Assembly (NCBI GenBank): GCA_049999805.1
Contig: JBNGIO010006348.1
Coordinates: forward strand, 99,554 to 163,553
Origin: Folioceros fuciformis
Lineage: Eukaryota
Reading direction: 5' to 3'
Length of the DNA: 64,000 bases
The position numbers and the translations under genes are program-made. Below are positions 44,636 through 56,870 of the stretch, piece by piece. Position 1 is the stretch's first letter. Each line of letters opens with the position of its first letter. The notes under the pieces were generated by a model. It had not been told where the DNA came from. It made no database searches and worked only from the letters and a program-made list of their open reading frames with translations.

Positions 44636-47416
44636 TGAGTTATCCTCCTTAGGCCAGCCTGTATCCTGTGGAAGACAGACAACTGTGTCAAGGATTTCAG
44701 ATTTGGTAGCAATTTTCCGAATGTAGTACCGATGTTCATAACGAAAGCTTGAGCGGTGTAAAGTGGGCCAGTCCTCGAAACGATTTACACCATATTTACC
44801 AGAAGGTACAATTTTCGTCTGCAGCACTGGCCTCCTATCTATTACCACTGAAGATTTCAGGATGAGGCTACTCGTACCCTTTGTCCCAATGAACCGCAAG
44901 AGTGGACATGTCCTTTCCTATCAAATATCCTCAAGGATACTTGATGGCATGGGCAGATTTCATCTTGTGGAGATAGTCGCCTATTTCAAGCTTGAGGAAG
45001 AAGGTAACTGTCTCAAGTATTGAAGGTCAGAATGTGAAGCATTGTGGTACAACCATACCTCCAGGCTGTGCAGTATTATTTTGTGCACTCCCCTGAAATG
45101 AATTCAGATGCATCACACCAAACAAGGGATCTCTTGTATGGAATTCAGCGACGGCAGACAAGGCCAGAACCGCTCCCATGATTCGCAATCTCATAGTCTG
45201 CTCGCTTTTGAGCTGGATTGCATCACACTGAACTAGGGATCTATTAAACTGAATTCAGCGACGGCAGACGAGGCCAGAACCACCGGAGCATGTTGTCTGA
45301 GGGAAATCGACGATGGTGACGTCGCTGGTGACGTGGCCTCGGAAATTGGCGACCTTGCAGTCGGTGGACATGAGGGAGGACGAGAGGAAGGAAGCCTCTT
45401 GGGTAAGAACGGGCATGGTTTGCCCGGCCTCCTTCTCCTGGTGCTTGAAGCCGGGAGCGTAGGTCTGACCCAAGACTCCAGTCACGGACGGCGTGAGCGC
45501 CTTGAACTGGAAGTTGAGCTCCAGATGGGCGAAGCAGTTGTCGGGGGTGATGCCGTAGCGGTGGCGGATGTTGTCGGATTCGGTGACGGGCACGACGAGC
45601 ACGGAGAGGGAGAATTGATCCTCCACCTCGATGATGACGCCGTTATGGTTCTGGGACCTGGTCACGGTCAGGCCAGCGTGGGGCGCGCTCCAAGCGGCCT
45701 CCTTCACGGTTGGCAGGAGGATCGGGTTGGCGTCCAGGGACATCACCAGGTAGTCCACGGAATTGTCGAAAGTGGCCACCTGCAGCCACGACATCCATCG
45801 ACGCACGCATTGGTCTCTGCTTCTTCTTCTACTGTAGAATGTGGTGTGCATGGACTCACCTTGCTGGCGCCGATGTACAATTGGTGGTCGCCGAAGAGAA
45901 TTCCCAGGGACTGCACCCAGGTGAAGTCGCGGGACATGTGATCCGCCCGGCGTCCGATGAAGTGGGCGTTCACGTGCAGGTTGGAATCGGAGACGATGCA
46001 GAAGTCGGCGTCCTTGTGGCCGTGGAAGTAGAACTGCTGACCGTCGCTGCCCACGAAGACGGGGTCGTCCTTGATACAGCCCGGATAGTAGCCCTGGCTG
46101 CAAGGCCTCGGCTTCCACTGGTTAGCTGAAACAAAGTACGATCAGGATCAGAATGATTGCCAATCCCCACAGCCCATCAGTATGCAGACATCTGAATTCC
46201 TGCTCCCGCGCATCACAAACGTCCATCTGACGCAATCCACTATTACCATCCACATTGCTGGCCACGGACAGCACTAACACCGCCACTACCACAGCTGCCG
46301 ACATCGCCATGGTATCTGAAGAGTAGCTTGCTTGAAAGTTTCGAAGCTGATTGCGCTGATTGACTGTCTTCCTTGTCCGAGTCGCCCCTCTTTATACTCA
46401 CAGCCCACGCACGCTAGGACAAACTGATCTGCCGACCGCGGACGTGGCTCGCTTCCTTTCCAGAAGACTGGGCCCTAGAGAATCATGTGGTACTGTTTCC
46501 GGCCGGAGTTGAATCCAGCATTGTTGGCCAAACATGGCCTCGTCAGAGCACGATATCAAGGCGGCCAGGTCCAGTAGAGACCTGCACATGCATACTCGCA
46601 ACCAGTTGACCTCGTCGTTCCCACTCCTGATACGTCGTAGCCTGGCCTGACAGGGTGACGGCAGGTTTCCGGATGGGCTGGCTCTAACAAAATTCAAACG
46701 CTGGGAATCATGCAGTGTCAGGCCTCCGGATGCTCGCGCCAACTTGGAGGAGTCCTCCCCACCCGGCTATGTTTAGAAATAGGTTTATCAGAGCCAGCCC
46801 GGTAGAATGTTTCAATCTTCCCATGGAAAACATGAAAGCAACTGAGAAGCATCAGGAAATCCTCCCTGCTTAGAGACCTCTGGTGCACAGCTTCCTACTC
46901 ACGCATGTTTAGCTCAGAGACCGGTTTGGCCACCAGTCCACACAGCTGGCTGGCTGCCAGTAGAAACCAGCCAAGTTATCTTGTGTGTTTGCACACAGGT
47001 ATCAACACTGCATCACACTCCGTGGGCTCGAAACCTCACCTTGGGTCAGACCCTCTGAGTCAGCTTCCATCTTTTCAAAGCCCAGCAGAAGTCCGCCGTA
47101 TGCGTCTCTCGGGACAAGACTACCCACCGGACCTTCCATGGTCAGAAGAGTTCCACCCATAAACACTCTGATCTGCGAGTGATGTACTCTGAGTAGGTGT
47201 CCGTCCAAAACTCAAGGACCACACAAAATGGTCGTGCAACGCCACTGCATCACTGCCCTCTGTCCACCTCTTGGGAAACACGAAGGATTGCTTCCTGAAT
47301 CTCAATTGAGATCTGCAAGCCCTAAAGGACACCCGGTGCCTTCTCTCACTTTGTCCGTTGGGGTTTGTGGCTTTTTGTAAGTGGCTGCTGAGAGGCAAGT
47401 CACCAGCGCGCACCAC
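44636..47416 (-). pseudogene. Decayed duplicate of the RNF32-like gene, split in two (about 46800-47416 and 44636-44875)
   Basis: 47120-47416 contains AVALHDHFV (intact gene AVALQDHFV). 46810-46950 matches the RING1 exon but lacks the CPIC segment. 44640-44875 matches the IQ exon and its upstream intron at about 53555-53710. Confidence 0.8.
45255..46310 (-). CDS. Root_cap-domain secreted protein, copy 3
   Basis: Signal peptide MAMSAAVVVAVLVLSVASNVD, same two introns, intact domain ending LVCRR. Confidence 0.93.
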
Positions 47417-47888
47417 GCCAAACTTGATTCCCTACCAATCCTGTGGAACGACCGTATCATCGACGTCAGATTCTTCAGCTGAAGATACACAGCAACGACA
47501 ATACCTAACAACTACCAGTTCTAGGAGTGGTCAATGCTTCTTCTGTCATCTTGTCGAATGAATCAGGGCGAAGCAGAGTCTTGCAGATGCCCTTGGCATA
47601 GACAATCGAATGATTTCCCGCATACTTGTCTCATCTCCTGGGAATATTGTATGACAGACGGCCAGATTGTCCTCAATTGCTTCCCACGTCTTCTTCCAGC
47701 GGGTGAGGGACAGCGGACTACCTGGCTAGCTCTGAAATACTTCTTCCGTGATGTAGGAGCTTGGTGGATCACTCATCACTTGGACTCTCCAACAGCACTG
47801 CCTAGTTCTTGAACACATGCCCAAGTGATTATCACTTGTTGGATCACTCATCACTTGGGCACTGTGGCGGCATCAGGCCAAGGATTCT

Positions 47889-48557
47889 ATGCTCCTGACA
47901 ACACCGGAGTCCGACTTTGTCATGTCCAGCGTGCTGCAGAAATGCGGGATTCAGCTTGCACACGCTAACATCACGTTTACTCTGTGGAAGGTATATGATC
48001 TGTGCCTCACAGGGACGCCAGTCGAGGTTCCTCTAGGCGGGCATTACATGGACAAGATACTGCGAAGCTGGTTGCATTTTCTCACTGCTTCCGAACAGAG
48101 GCAGAAGCTGCTGGTGCTGGCACTAGGGATCTGTACTGAGAGCACCAGTTCAGCAAGGCGGACATGTTTGCAATTTGCAGATCACAAGGGAGCAATGCTC
48201 TTCGTGACGAGCTCATTACCATCGCAGAAGGGCCTCTTCACCTCTTTGGGCCTGCATTTCAAGATTCTAGACATGTCCCCACAGAAACTTCGACAAGCGG
48301 GATTGGATGCCTGGGCTTGGCAAACCGTCAGCGAAATCTTTACTGCCATCTCCCCAATTTGTACACACTCTGACTACTACTGTCTGAACTATCCCATGGA
48401 TGATGGTAGCCATTCTGAGAACTTCCGACAAGAGGACGGCTCGGTGACAATACCCGAGCTTTTGAGGCCTTTCATGGGAGGCATAGCGGCCACCTCTCCT
48501 CTTCAGTCAACCGGAATTCTGCTGAATCAAGCTTCATTCTTTCCAATTCGTGTGTGA
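47889..48557 (+). CDS. Unassigned 222-aa ORF, possibly a gene fragment
   Basis: ATG-started ORF with protein-like composition; no family recognised. Confidence 0.3.
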   Translation: MLLTTPESDFVMSSVLQKCGIQLAHANITFTLWKVYDLCLTGTPVEVPLGGHYMDKILRSWLHFLTASEQRQKLLVLALGICTESTSSARRTCLQFADHKGAMLFVTSSLPSQKGLFTSLGLHFKILDMSPQKLRQAGLDAWAWQTVSEIFTAISPICTHSDYYCLNYPMDDGSHSENFRQEDGSVTIPELLRPFMGGIAATSPLQSTGILLNQASFFPIRV

Positions 48558-50740
48558 ATCACCTCGGCCTACTAACTTTCTACTTGGTCAGCTTCTCGGT
48601 TGGCAGCCATTGTTAACCAGTCTATACTCAAACTGAACATGATGGTTCCACTTTCGTGGAAGAACATGTGTACCAAACAGATGGGTAAGGTTGCTGCATT
48701 CGTCTACTAAGCAACCGGATTGAAACAGGGTTTAGGGTTGCACTTGCAGAGAGAGTGCTACAGCTAAAACTGTGCAACCGGGACTCCCATCTACTGTGCC
48801 TCAAGTAGAGGGATCAGTCGAGGATCACACAAGCTGGGAAGGTAAAAACTACAGCATCCTCGTTTCTTCTCCCTCCGCAGGATAACAACATGTGTTCGAG
48901 CGTAGCAGGGGAAACATGTCGCTGTGTGTCGGAGCGTGGAGCACGCGTGTGTACCCTATATGTAGGGGACACTCTAAACCCTGCGTTGTTCCAAACAGAG
49001 TGCTGAACGTGCTTGGTCAGCATTGCAAGATCATATCGCATGATCGTCCGGGGTATAGCCGTACCCAATCCGGATGCAGGTGGGAGACATGTTGGCGATC
49101 GCCAGGAAAACCATATCCCGCCACACTCCATCCCAGGATTTCCGACAGTGCGCCAGAGCTGATCGGAACCCAGAACCGCCTTCCGCCCATCTCCGTGCCA
49201 CGCCCCAACTGTGTCAGGCCTTGTGCGCATGAGCCTCGTCCAGCCTCCTCTTAGAGCTATGTACTTTCTTTAACTGCCTGCCAATTCTCAACATTTTGCA
49301 GGAGGTCCTTGAGTATCAGACCTGGATATGGAGAACACGATCCTCATCTAGGACGCACTCCAAAGAGGTCAGTACAGGATCTGGATGAGCCTGCAGCTGC
49401 CTTGAAGAGAAGTTCCACCTTGTATCTACCTGGATGGGAGGCACTACAGCTTGGTCTTGCCTTGAAAACATCCAGCCTTGAAGAGAAAATCTTACGTTAT
49501 GCCTAGCTCGATGGAGGCATTACAGCATGACTACTCAAGAGCCTATTGACAAGACACCTGACATATACCTCCCCTTTTATGGATAGAATTGTTGGAAAGG
49601 GGCTCTTGAGTCCCGACAATCCAATGCAGTTCCTCTGCGATTAATGGGAACGGACATTGAAATGCTGCAGATGCTGGACAAAATGGGAGGTTTCTGTGCG
49701 GTGAGAAAATTCTATCCTCGTACCTTTCACCGCCACAAGCAATTACGTTTTGAAATGTGCCTGGAGAGATCAGAAGTCGCTTCTGTTTTGTGTGCCACAG
49801 GCTGGAGACTAATAGGGGCTCACGAATCCGTCCACCAGGATAAATCTTGGTCAGCTTTGGTAAGTAGCCTTTTGATCCTTGGACTTCCGTTAGTTTTAAT
49901 AACCATGCACTATTTTTGCTGAAATGTAGTAGAAATCACAGATGATGTGGATGGCTTGCAGGCATTCAACCTAGAACCCTCAGGGTTCAGGGGCCAAGCT
50001 TGTTCACACACTAGGGGAAAGAAAAGGGAAGACTCGGGATGAAGCTTGTTTACACGCTGGGGATTCACACACTGGGCTAAAGAGCAGGGAGATGAATGTC
50101 TGTCCCACTCTTGGGAAATCCATGGCCATCAAGCCAAGGTATGCCAACAGCCCATGAAATGCCCTGGTGCATATTTGGCTGCAACGTTTCCCATGTGGAC
50201 TCCACTTTGCACCCATGGCGAGGGGACTTCCCGGGGAATAACAAACGAATCATCTCTGAAACGCACCTTGCAATGCAAATCAAACATGTAGCAGTCCGGT
50301 TAATACATTGCCTAAAATGCGGGATGGTGGGTCAGAAGATTGGTGCAACACAGGCCAGCCTGGGCCAGGTCGTGCTAAAATGCACTTGGAAGACGGAAGG
50401 AAGGCCATGGCCGGCTGGAATACCTGTCCTTAAACAAGGGCGGGCAGCCTGGTCCAGTTGGCGCACGCATCCACAGGCATGGCAACGCATTCTCGGGATT
50501 AAATGTGTTCTAAATCGTGATTGATGAGAGGCGAATCGGAGAACGCTGGCCACGGCGTTTCCCAAAACGTGCGAAAGGATTAGGCGCCCAAGTTGTGCTT
50601 GCGAACATGGACAGGCTGCAACTGGGCGAGGATGCTGTGGTATTGTATCTTTAGTGCGGAAACAACCGTGGGCCTAAACAGTTAACCCATAAACAGAAGA
50701 AGATCTGCAGTAGATGGCCTCATTCCTCCGCGTTGCTTGC

Positions 50741-50800
50741 AAGCGAGGCACGTGTTCGCTCTGGATGTCGATTTTTGAGAGCAAAACCTGGAGTATAAAG
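50741..50800 (+). promoter_or_regulatory. G-box (CACGTG 50749-50754) and TATA (TATAAA 50794-50799) of Root_cap copy 4
   Basis: The same arrangement is conserved in copy 2 (43995-44000, 43949-43954) and copy 3 (CACGTC 46441-46446, TATA 46391-46396). Confidence 0.65.
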
Positions 50801-50907
50801 ACCAGCCTGCTCGGCCTCACAGGCAGACTCTCTTGTTCACCCACAGCTGCTGCTTTTTCAGCAGGCTAGCGGTTGGAGAGTTGTAGGCGAGCTCGACACT
50901 CGGGAGC

Positions 50908-52041
50908 ATGGCATCGGTGCAGGTGGCAGCTGTGATTGTGGCGGTGTTGGCTCTGTCCGTGGCCAGCAATGTGGACGGTAAGAAAGAGATTCTGTGAGAT
51001 GCGTTTTGCTCCGCGCAGCAACGGGATGTTTACAGCTAGCTAGCAAGGCCACCTCTCGATGAAGCTCTAGACTTTTGCAATGGCATTTGTTCTGGTACTA
51101 GTCCTCATACTACTCGTACTTGGTTGCAGCTTCTCGGTGGAAGCCGAGGCCGTGCAGCCAGGGCTACTACCCAGGCTGCATCAAGGACGACCCCGTCTTC
51201 GTAGGCAGCGACGGCAAGCCCTTCTACTTCCACGGCCACAAGGACGCCGACTTCTGCATCGTCTCCGACTCCCACCTGCACGTGAATGCCCACTTCATCG
51301 GCCGCCGGGCGGACCACATGTCGCGGGACTTCACCTGGGTGCAGTCCGTGGGAATTCTCTTCGGCGACCACCAGTTGTACGTCGGCGCCAGCAAGGTGAG
51401 CCCACATATCTACCTCCTCCGGACCACTTAGCATCCGGATCCGTTGCTGCATCAAACCCATCCGAATCCGAGCAGAAGTGCTCAACGCGTGCGCGCAATC
51501 AATGCCGTGGCTGCAGGTGGCCACCTTCGACAACGCCGTGGACTACCTGGAGATGTCCCTGGACGCCTTCCCGATCCTCCTCCCGCAGGTGAAGGACGCA
51601 GCCTGGACCGCTCCCCACGCGGGCCTGACCGTCACCAGGTCCGAGAGCCGCAACGGCGTCATCATCGAGGTAGAGGACCAGTTCTCCCTCTCCGTGCTCG
51701 TAGTGCCCGTCAACGAATCCGACAACATCCGCCACCGCTACGGCATCACCCCGGACAATTGCTTCGCCCACCTGGAGCTCAACTTCCAGTTCAAGGCGCT
51801 GACGCCGTCCGTGTCAGGAGTGCTGGGCCAGACCTACGCGCCCGGCTTCCAGCAGCAGCAGCAGAAGTCCGGGCAGAGCATGCCCATGCTCACCCAAGAG
51901 GCCTCCTTCCTCTCGTCGGACATCATGTCTGCCGACTGCAAGGTCGCCAATTTCCGAGGACAAATCTCCAGCGAGGTCACTGTGGTCGACTTCCCTCTGA
52001 CCGCATGCTCCGGAGGCTCTGGCCTCGTCTGCCGTCGCTGA
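50908..52041 (+). CDS. Root_cap-domain secreted protein, copy 4
   Basis: Exons 50908-50977, 51130-51395, 51517-52041; near-identical to copy 2. Confidence 0.93.
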
Positions 52042-52821
52042 ATCCAACTCGATTCAGTGGAGCAGACTGTGATTCAATTCATTCCTACAAGAGTAGTTCA
52101 TAGTTCCATTCATTGCACTTGACAGTGAACAAACACTGTCAGAGTATGCACGCTGTAAGGTGGTGAGGGAGCTGGTCCTCCCATCTCCCTTCACAAATTT
52201 GTTCCATATAATTGCAGGCAATTGGAGGAAGATCATAAGGCCTGATAGCTCTCAGGGGGATGAAAGTGTGCTCGAACTGCATTAGACCTGGATCGAAACA
52301 CAACCTTCTGCCACCCAACCTGAGGAAGCCCGCCTTCACAGAGTGAGTTTACTTACATCTAGTGGCACAGCCAAACTCAATCTTACTTCAGAGCCTACTA
52401 ATCCCCAACCCAGAAAACCACATAGATAGGCAACCTCCTATTTTAGTATATATAATTAAAATATGTATTTTAATATAATGGGATAAAAATAATGATATGT
52501 TAACAACAATGATGTGAAAGCAATTTTTCTTAAATGTTTTTCCTCTTGTTAAGTTTTCTTCCGTGTACAAATTTGTAGACTTCACTTGGAGGCTGAGGAA
52601 CATATTTTTCTGAGAAAATCCTAATCAATATAGAGCCCTATATCATGAGACAAACCCTAAAAGAAGGGGAATGATCCTTACAGATTAGCAATAGGGGACT
52701 TTAATTCCATTCATGCAACCGAGCCTCCAATTCCTGCCGCCCTGGAGGACTACGGAGTACTGGCCACGTGCATCCATGCGAATCCATGTCTAGGTGGGAA
52801 TGAGCTGTTTAACCCTGCAAA

Positions 52822-54544
52822 TTAACCCCATTGGCAGCCATCCCAAGACCCTGTCATCACTAGCCGCTGATAGGAAGCCCTGCAGACAGGGCAGATGGGA
52901 GCATATCCCATGCCCTCTGGACCTTGACATCCTTGGGTGAAGGCTTCAAATGTGGAAATGCAGTCGACATGGAAGACATGGCTGCAACTAAGCCATGCCA
53001 GGGATGTCCCTTTTCGTCGGTGTAAGGCTTCAATGCATATTGGACACTCAACGTCACCTCGACCTCGCGCCTGTCACCAACCCAGAACTGTCAGGCGGAG
53101 TTTGGACCATAAGACCCCATTGTGTAGGAGTGAAAAGCACAAATGAACCACCTTTTCTATGACAAATGGCCAGTTCACTGCAGGGAGATGGCCTGTTTGC
53201 TCCACATCCACGGGAGGGATGCACGAGATACGTGACTCTGTTCTTCTGCTCTGCTGGTAGACGTGTTTGCTGATAGCCAAGGTGTTGTCAATCTCTAGAA
53301 GGAGAGCATCTGCTTCTGAACGGTCCACTGCCAGTTGTCCAAGTAACATGTCTGTCGCTGATTCGAGCTGTTCAAACGCAGCTCAGATAATCATGAAAGG
53401 GTTGGACACAGCTGCATCCACGATAAAGTAAAGGTGCTGCATTTTGTTGCCCGTTCTTAGACGACACAACAGACCTTGTCGGCAAACCATTTCATGAGCC
53501 TGCCGGGATCCTTTGGCCTGATGGACCGCAAGAGTGGGACATACGTTCTTCTGATGAGGTATCCTCGATAGGCAGCTTGTATCCTGTGGAAAAGGGGCAC
53601 CTGTCTCAAACACTGAAGATTTTCTGAATTTGGTACCAATGTCCCTAAGTACGACCTTCGTCTTCGACACTGGCCTACCTAGTAGCACTAAAGCTTTCAT
53701 ACAGTGAGGTTGCGTTTTTCACAACCAGCTTCTGATAGTTTTCTGCCCGACAAACAGGGCAACACCGGAGGTTTGAATATCGTTCAAAACTTTGCAGGCA
53801 CAGCTGCAAGGTCAATTCAGCCTCCATCAAGGTCCCACATTACCGAATGAACATATCAAAGCCAGCCAGGTAGCCCTGTTTCACTCACCCGATGGAAAAC
53901 ATGGGAGCAACTGAGGAGCATCTGGTCATCCGTTTTGAAATATTCCCGGCAGATAGGGCACGGATGCAGGAAATCCTTCCTGCTCAGAGACCTCTGATGC
54001 ACAGCTTCCCACTCATCCGGGTTCAGCTCAGAGACGGGTTTGGCCACCAGCCCATACTGCTGTGCTGCAGCGCAAACCAGCCAAATCATCTGTGTGCACC
54101 CCTGTGACATGGATAATGCATCACACTTTGTGGGCTCCAACCCTCACCTAGCGTCAGGTCCTCAGCTTCCATGTTTTCAAAGCCGAAATCTGGCGTCCCT
54201 CGGGACAAGACCACCTACAGGACCTTGCATGGTCAGAAGAGTTTCACCAATAAACACAGATGCGCGAGCGATAAGCTACCTGGAAGACAAGGCTCGGCGC
54301 CGGGTCAATCTTCAGGGACCTCACAAAATGGTCTTGCAACGCCACTGCATCTCTGACTGCCCTCTGTTTCAGCCAAGGCGGGTACTGTTCTCATTGCAAG
54401 CCTCCAATTCCATTTCTTGAGTGACAAGAAGTCTTGCTTCCTGAATTTCACCTGAGTTTTACAACCCCTGAAGACATCCCGGCGCCTTCTCAGTTTGTCC
54501 ATAGGGGAGCAACATCTGCGCGAAGCTGCTGCGCCGGAATCCAT
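52822..54544 (-). CDS. RNF32: RNF32-like protein (RING-H2, IQ motif, RING-H2)
   Basis: Spliced product contains AVALQDHF, LTLAQQYGL..EWEAV, CPICREYF..LLSCSHVFH..CL..FE..CPVCR, IQAAYRGYLIRR, LLLEIDNTLAI and a second RING CPICIEAL..WLSCSHVFHVDCI..FE..CPVCR. This matches the remembered animal RNF32 layout. Confidence 0.88.
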
Positions 54545-55510
54545 TGCACATACACGACGGAAGCAGCAGTGGCCAGTCCCGAGACTGGTAGTTAGGTCTT
54601 CACGTCGTACTGAACAGCCATTTAGCTGAAGAAGCGGGACGGTGTGACGTGGATGACACGGTCGTTACGCGCCATCGACGGTTACTTACCACTCCCTCGC
54701 TGCTCTTGCTCTTCCTCGTCCTTTTCCTCGGACTCTTCATCTGCACTATAGGCTCCACCAGCAGAAACTGCAGATCGTCCTGTTGCCTGTTCATCCCTCC
54801 CGTGGCCGAGTAGGGGAAGATCAGTAACCCAACACACACTTTCGCTCATGCTCAGCATCATCTAGACCTGGCTCCTTGCCATGGGGTGGATGTCAAGCAA
54901 CGAGCAACGAGCAACGAGCATGCTCGTTTTCAGGGCTTTCATCGTGCTCAAGGTACTCAAGCCAGCCCGGGACATAGTGTGCTGCTCAAGCGCTCGTCGC
55001 CCAAGTGTCCAGTCCGTTCGCCTGTGCCGGCAAAAACTCGTCCTCTAGGGAAATACTGCTACGGCTGACTGTCACAGAGATGACAGGCTTGAAGTTACAT
55101 TGTCCTCCTCTGGCAGATGTCCTTTGAATCCTGAGACTTGAGCTTCGGTACAAGTACTCTAAATGAAGAACACCAGGGGAGTGCGTGCTGCGAAAGAATG
55201 TAAGCCTGTGTGCGCTGATTTTACCTGGGAAGATTAACAGCTCCAGTCAGTTGCTTGCGGAAAGATTGCGTGCCTTGTAGGTGCTAGCAAGTCTGACGGT
55301 TTTGTTACGGGAAGCATTCCACAGGCTCATAGGATTAGGTCACAGAGCACAGAGCTTTCATAACCCACCTCTTCCAAAGCTGTGAATGAGAATGTAGGAA
55401 CTAACAATTCATTGTGAACTGAACATCAAGAAGCTCGGGACGTACTCTGCATTGAACAAAATCTATGGAGCTCCGACTCTAGAAGCTCAAGTTGCTCAGG
55501 TCATGGTGTG

Positions 55511-56534
55511 ATGAGAAGACCTCTACCAATGTCAATCCCTACAAAAATGGACAAAGTTGATTTGCTTGATAATCCGTCGATGAGATCTGTAAAAACGACC
55601 CCAGATCAGTACCTACCGATGGACACGTCAGGTCTGCAACAACTTGAGCATCTGGAGAAGGAATTGGAACAAGCCAAACAGAAGGTCAATCATAGGATCA
55701 AAAAATGCTCACAGCTCCTAGATTGTGGAATGAGCACTTAATCACCTCTACCACATAGTGCCTCAGCTGTTACCGTGGCCATGTAGTCGCCAAAGTGTGT
55801 CACAGGGCGACCATTGGGCCATGTAGATACACGCCAAGTAGCCACATTTCAAAGGCATCTGGTACTTCTTACTGTTACGAACTGTTTCACGAAACCTTCC
55901 TAGGCTCCACTTGCAAAGAAATATGTGATATCCTAAGATAAGCATCTGTTTAATGGAACACCTGGTCGTTGACAGATCCTCGTCTTGAGAGCACAAGAAC
56001 ATCGGGAAAACTCGTCTCCAGAAAACAAGGTATGTATCAACAACTTTCCAATAACACTCCAGTCAGGTTGCGTGCCTTCCCCTTCACGGCACCACACTCT
56101 CATGTGGAATCGGATCTTTGTCAGGTATCTGAGAGTAGGTACTGGACGAATGAGGAGCGACAACGATTCAAGAAGGCACTGAAAACGTAAGTTCCTTTCA
56201 TGCCCGCCTTTCATACCTTTGGCACCAGCATTCTCATTGTTAGTTGAACACTACTCCTCGCCTGTGGTATGTGACAGCTTCGGAACGGACTTCGCTGCTA
56301 TTGCTAAGTTTGTGGGAACTCGTAGCTCAACCCAAGTTCGTACTCATGCCCAGAAGTACTATGCCAAGCTGGTTAGTGACTAGCCTTTCTCAAAGTTGAA
56401 GGACACCCTGCTGTTCATGGCCTTAGGATCTGTTGCGTGTGCCTCAGATTCGAGACTACAAGCGATCAGGAAAAGCATCGGCACCAGTCAAGGGCAGGGA
56501 GGAAAAGGGTACTGCTGCCAGGCTAGCCATTTGA
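55511..56534 (+). CDS. MYB-related (SHAQKYF-class) transcription factor
   Basis: Spliced domain YWTNEERQRFKKALKTFGTDFAAIAKFVGTRSSTQVRTHAQKYYAKL across five short exons. The start codon is tentative. Confidence 0.85.
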
Positions 56535-56870
56535 GTATCCCTTTGATAATAGAGTTAGCATGATAGGGCAGGTAGAGGCCATAGAAAGCTACCTCCGCTG
56601 TCACCCCTCAATTTTTAACAGCGGAGTATAGGTACTAGTTGCGGATCAATTCATTTTCGGTGACCACGTTGGTGCAAAACCTCCAAGTTACAAAGTATGA
56701 GTTAAAGTATTGCATCCTTCTGAGCTCAGCAGACAAAAATGCCAGGGACTAAGCGCTAGCTATCAGGTAGCTCTGAGGCTCGAAGCACCTGTAACTAGAC
56801 AAAGATTGAATTTCTGCAGTGATGAGCAGATAAAGGAATGTGTACTCCAAAACTTTTTGCGAGACCCAAT

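Larger units (their letters stand above)
50089..52236. repeat. Right arm of the ~2.1-kb inverted duplication
   Basis: Reverse complement of about 42509-44634, with scattered substitutions and indels. Confidence 0.92.
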
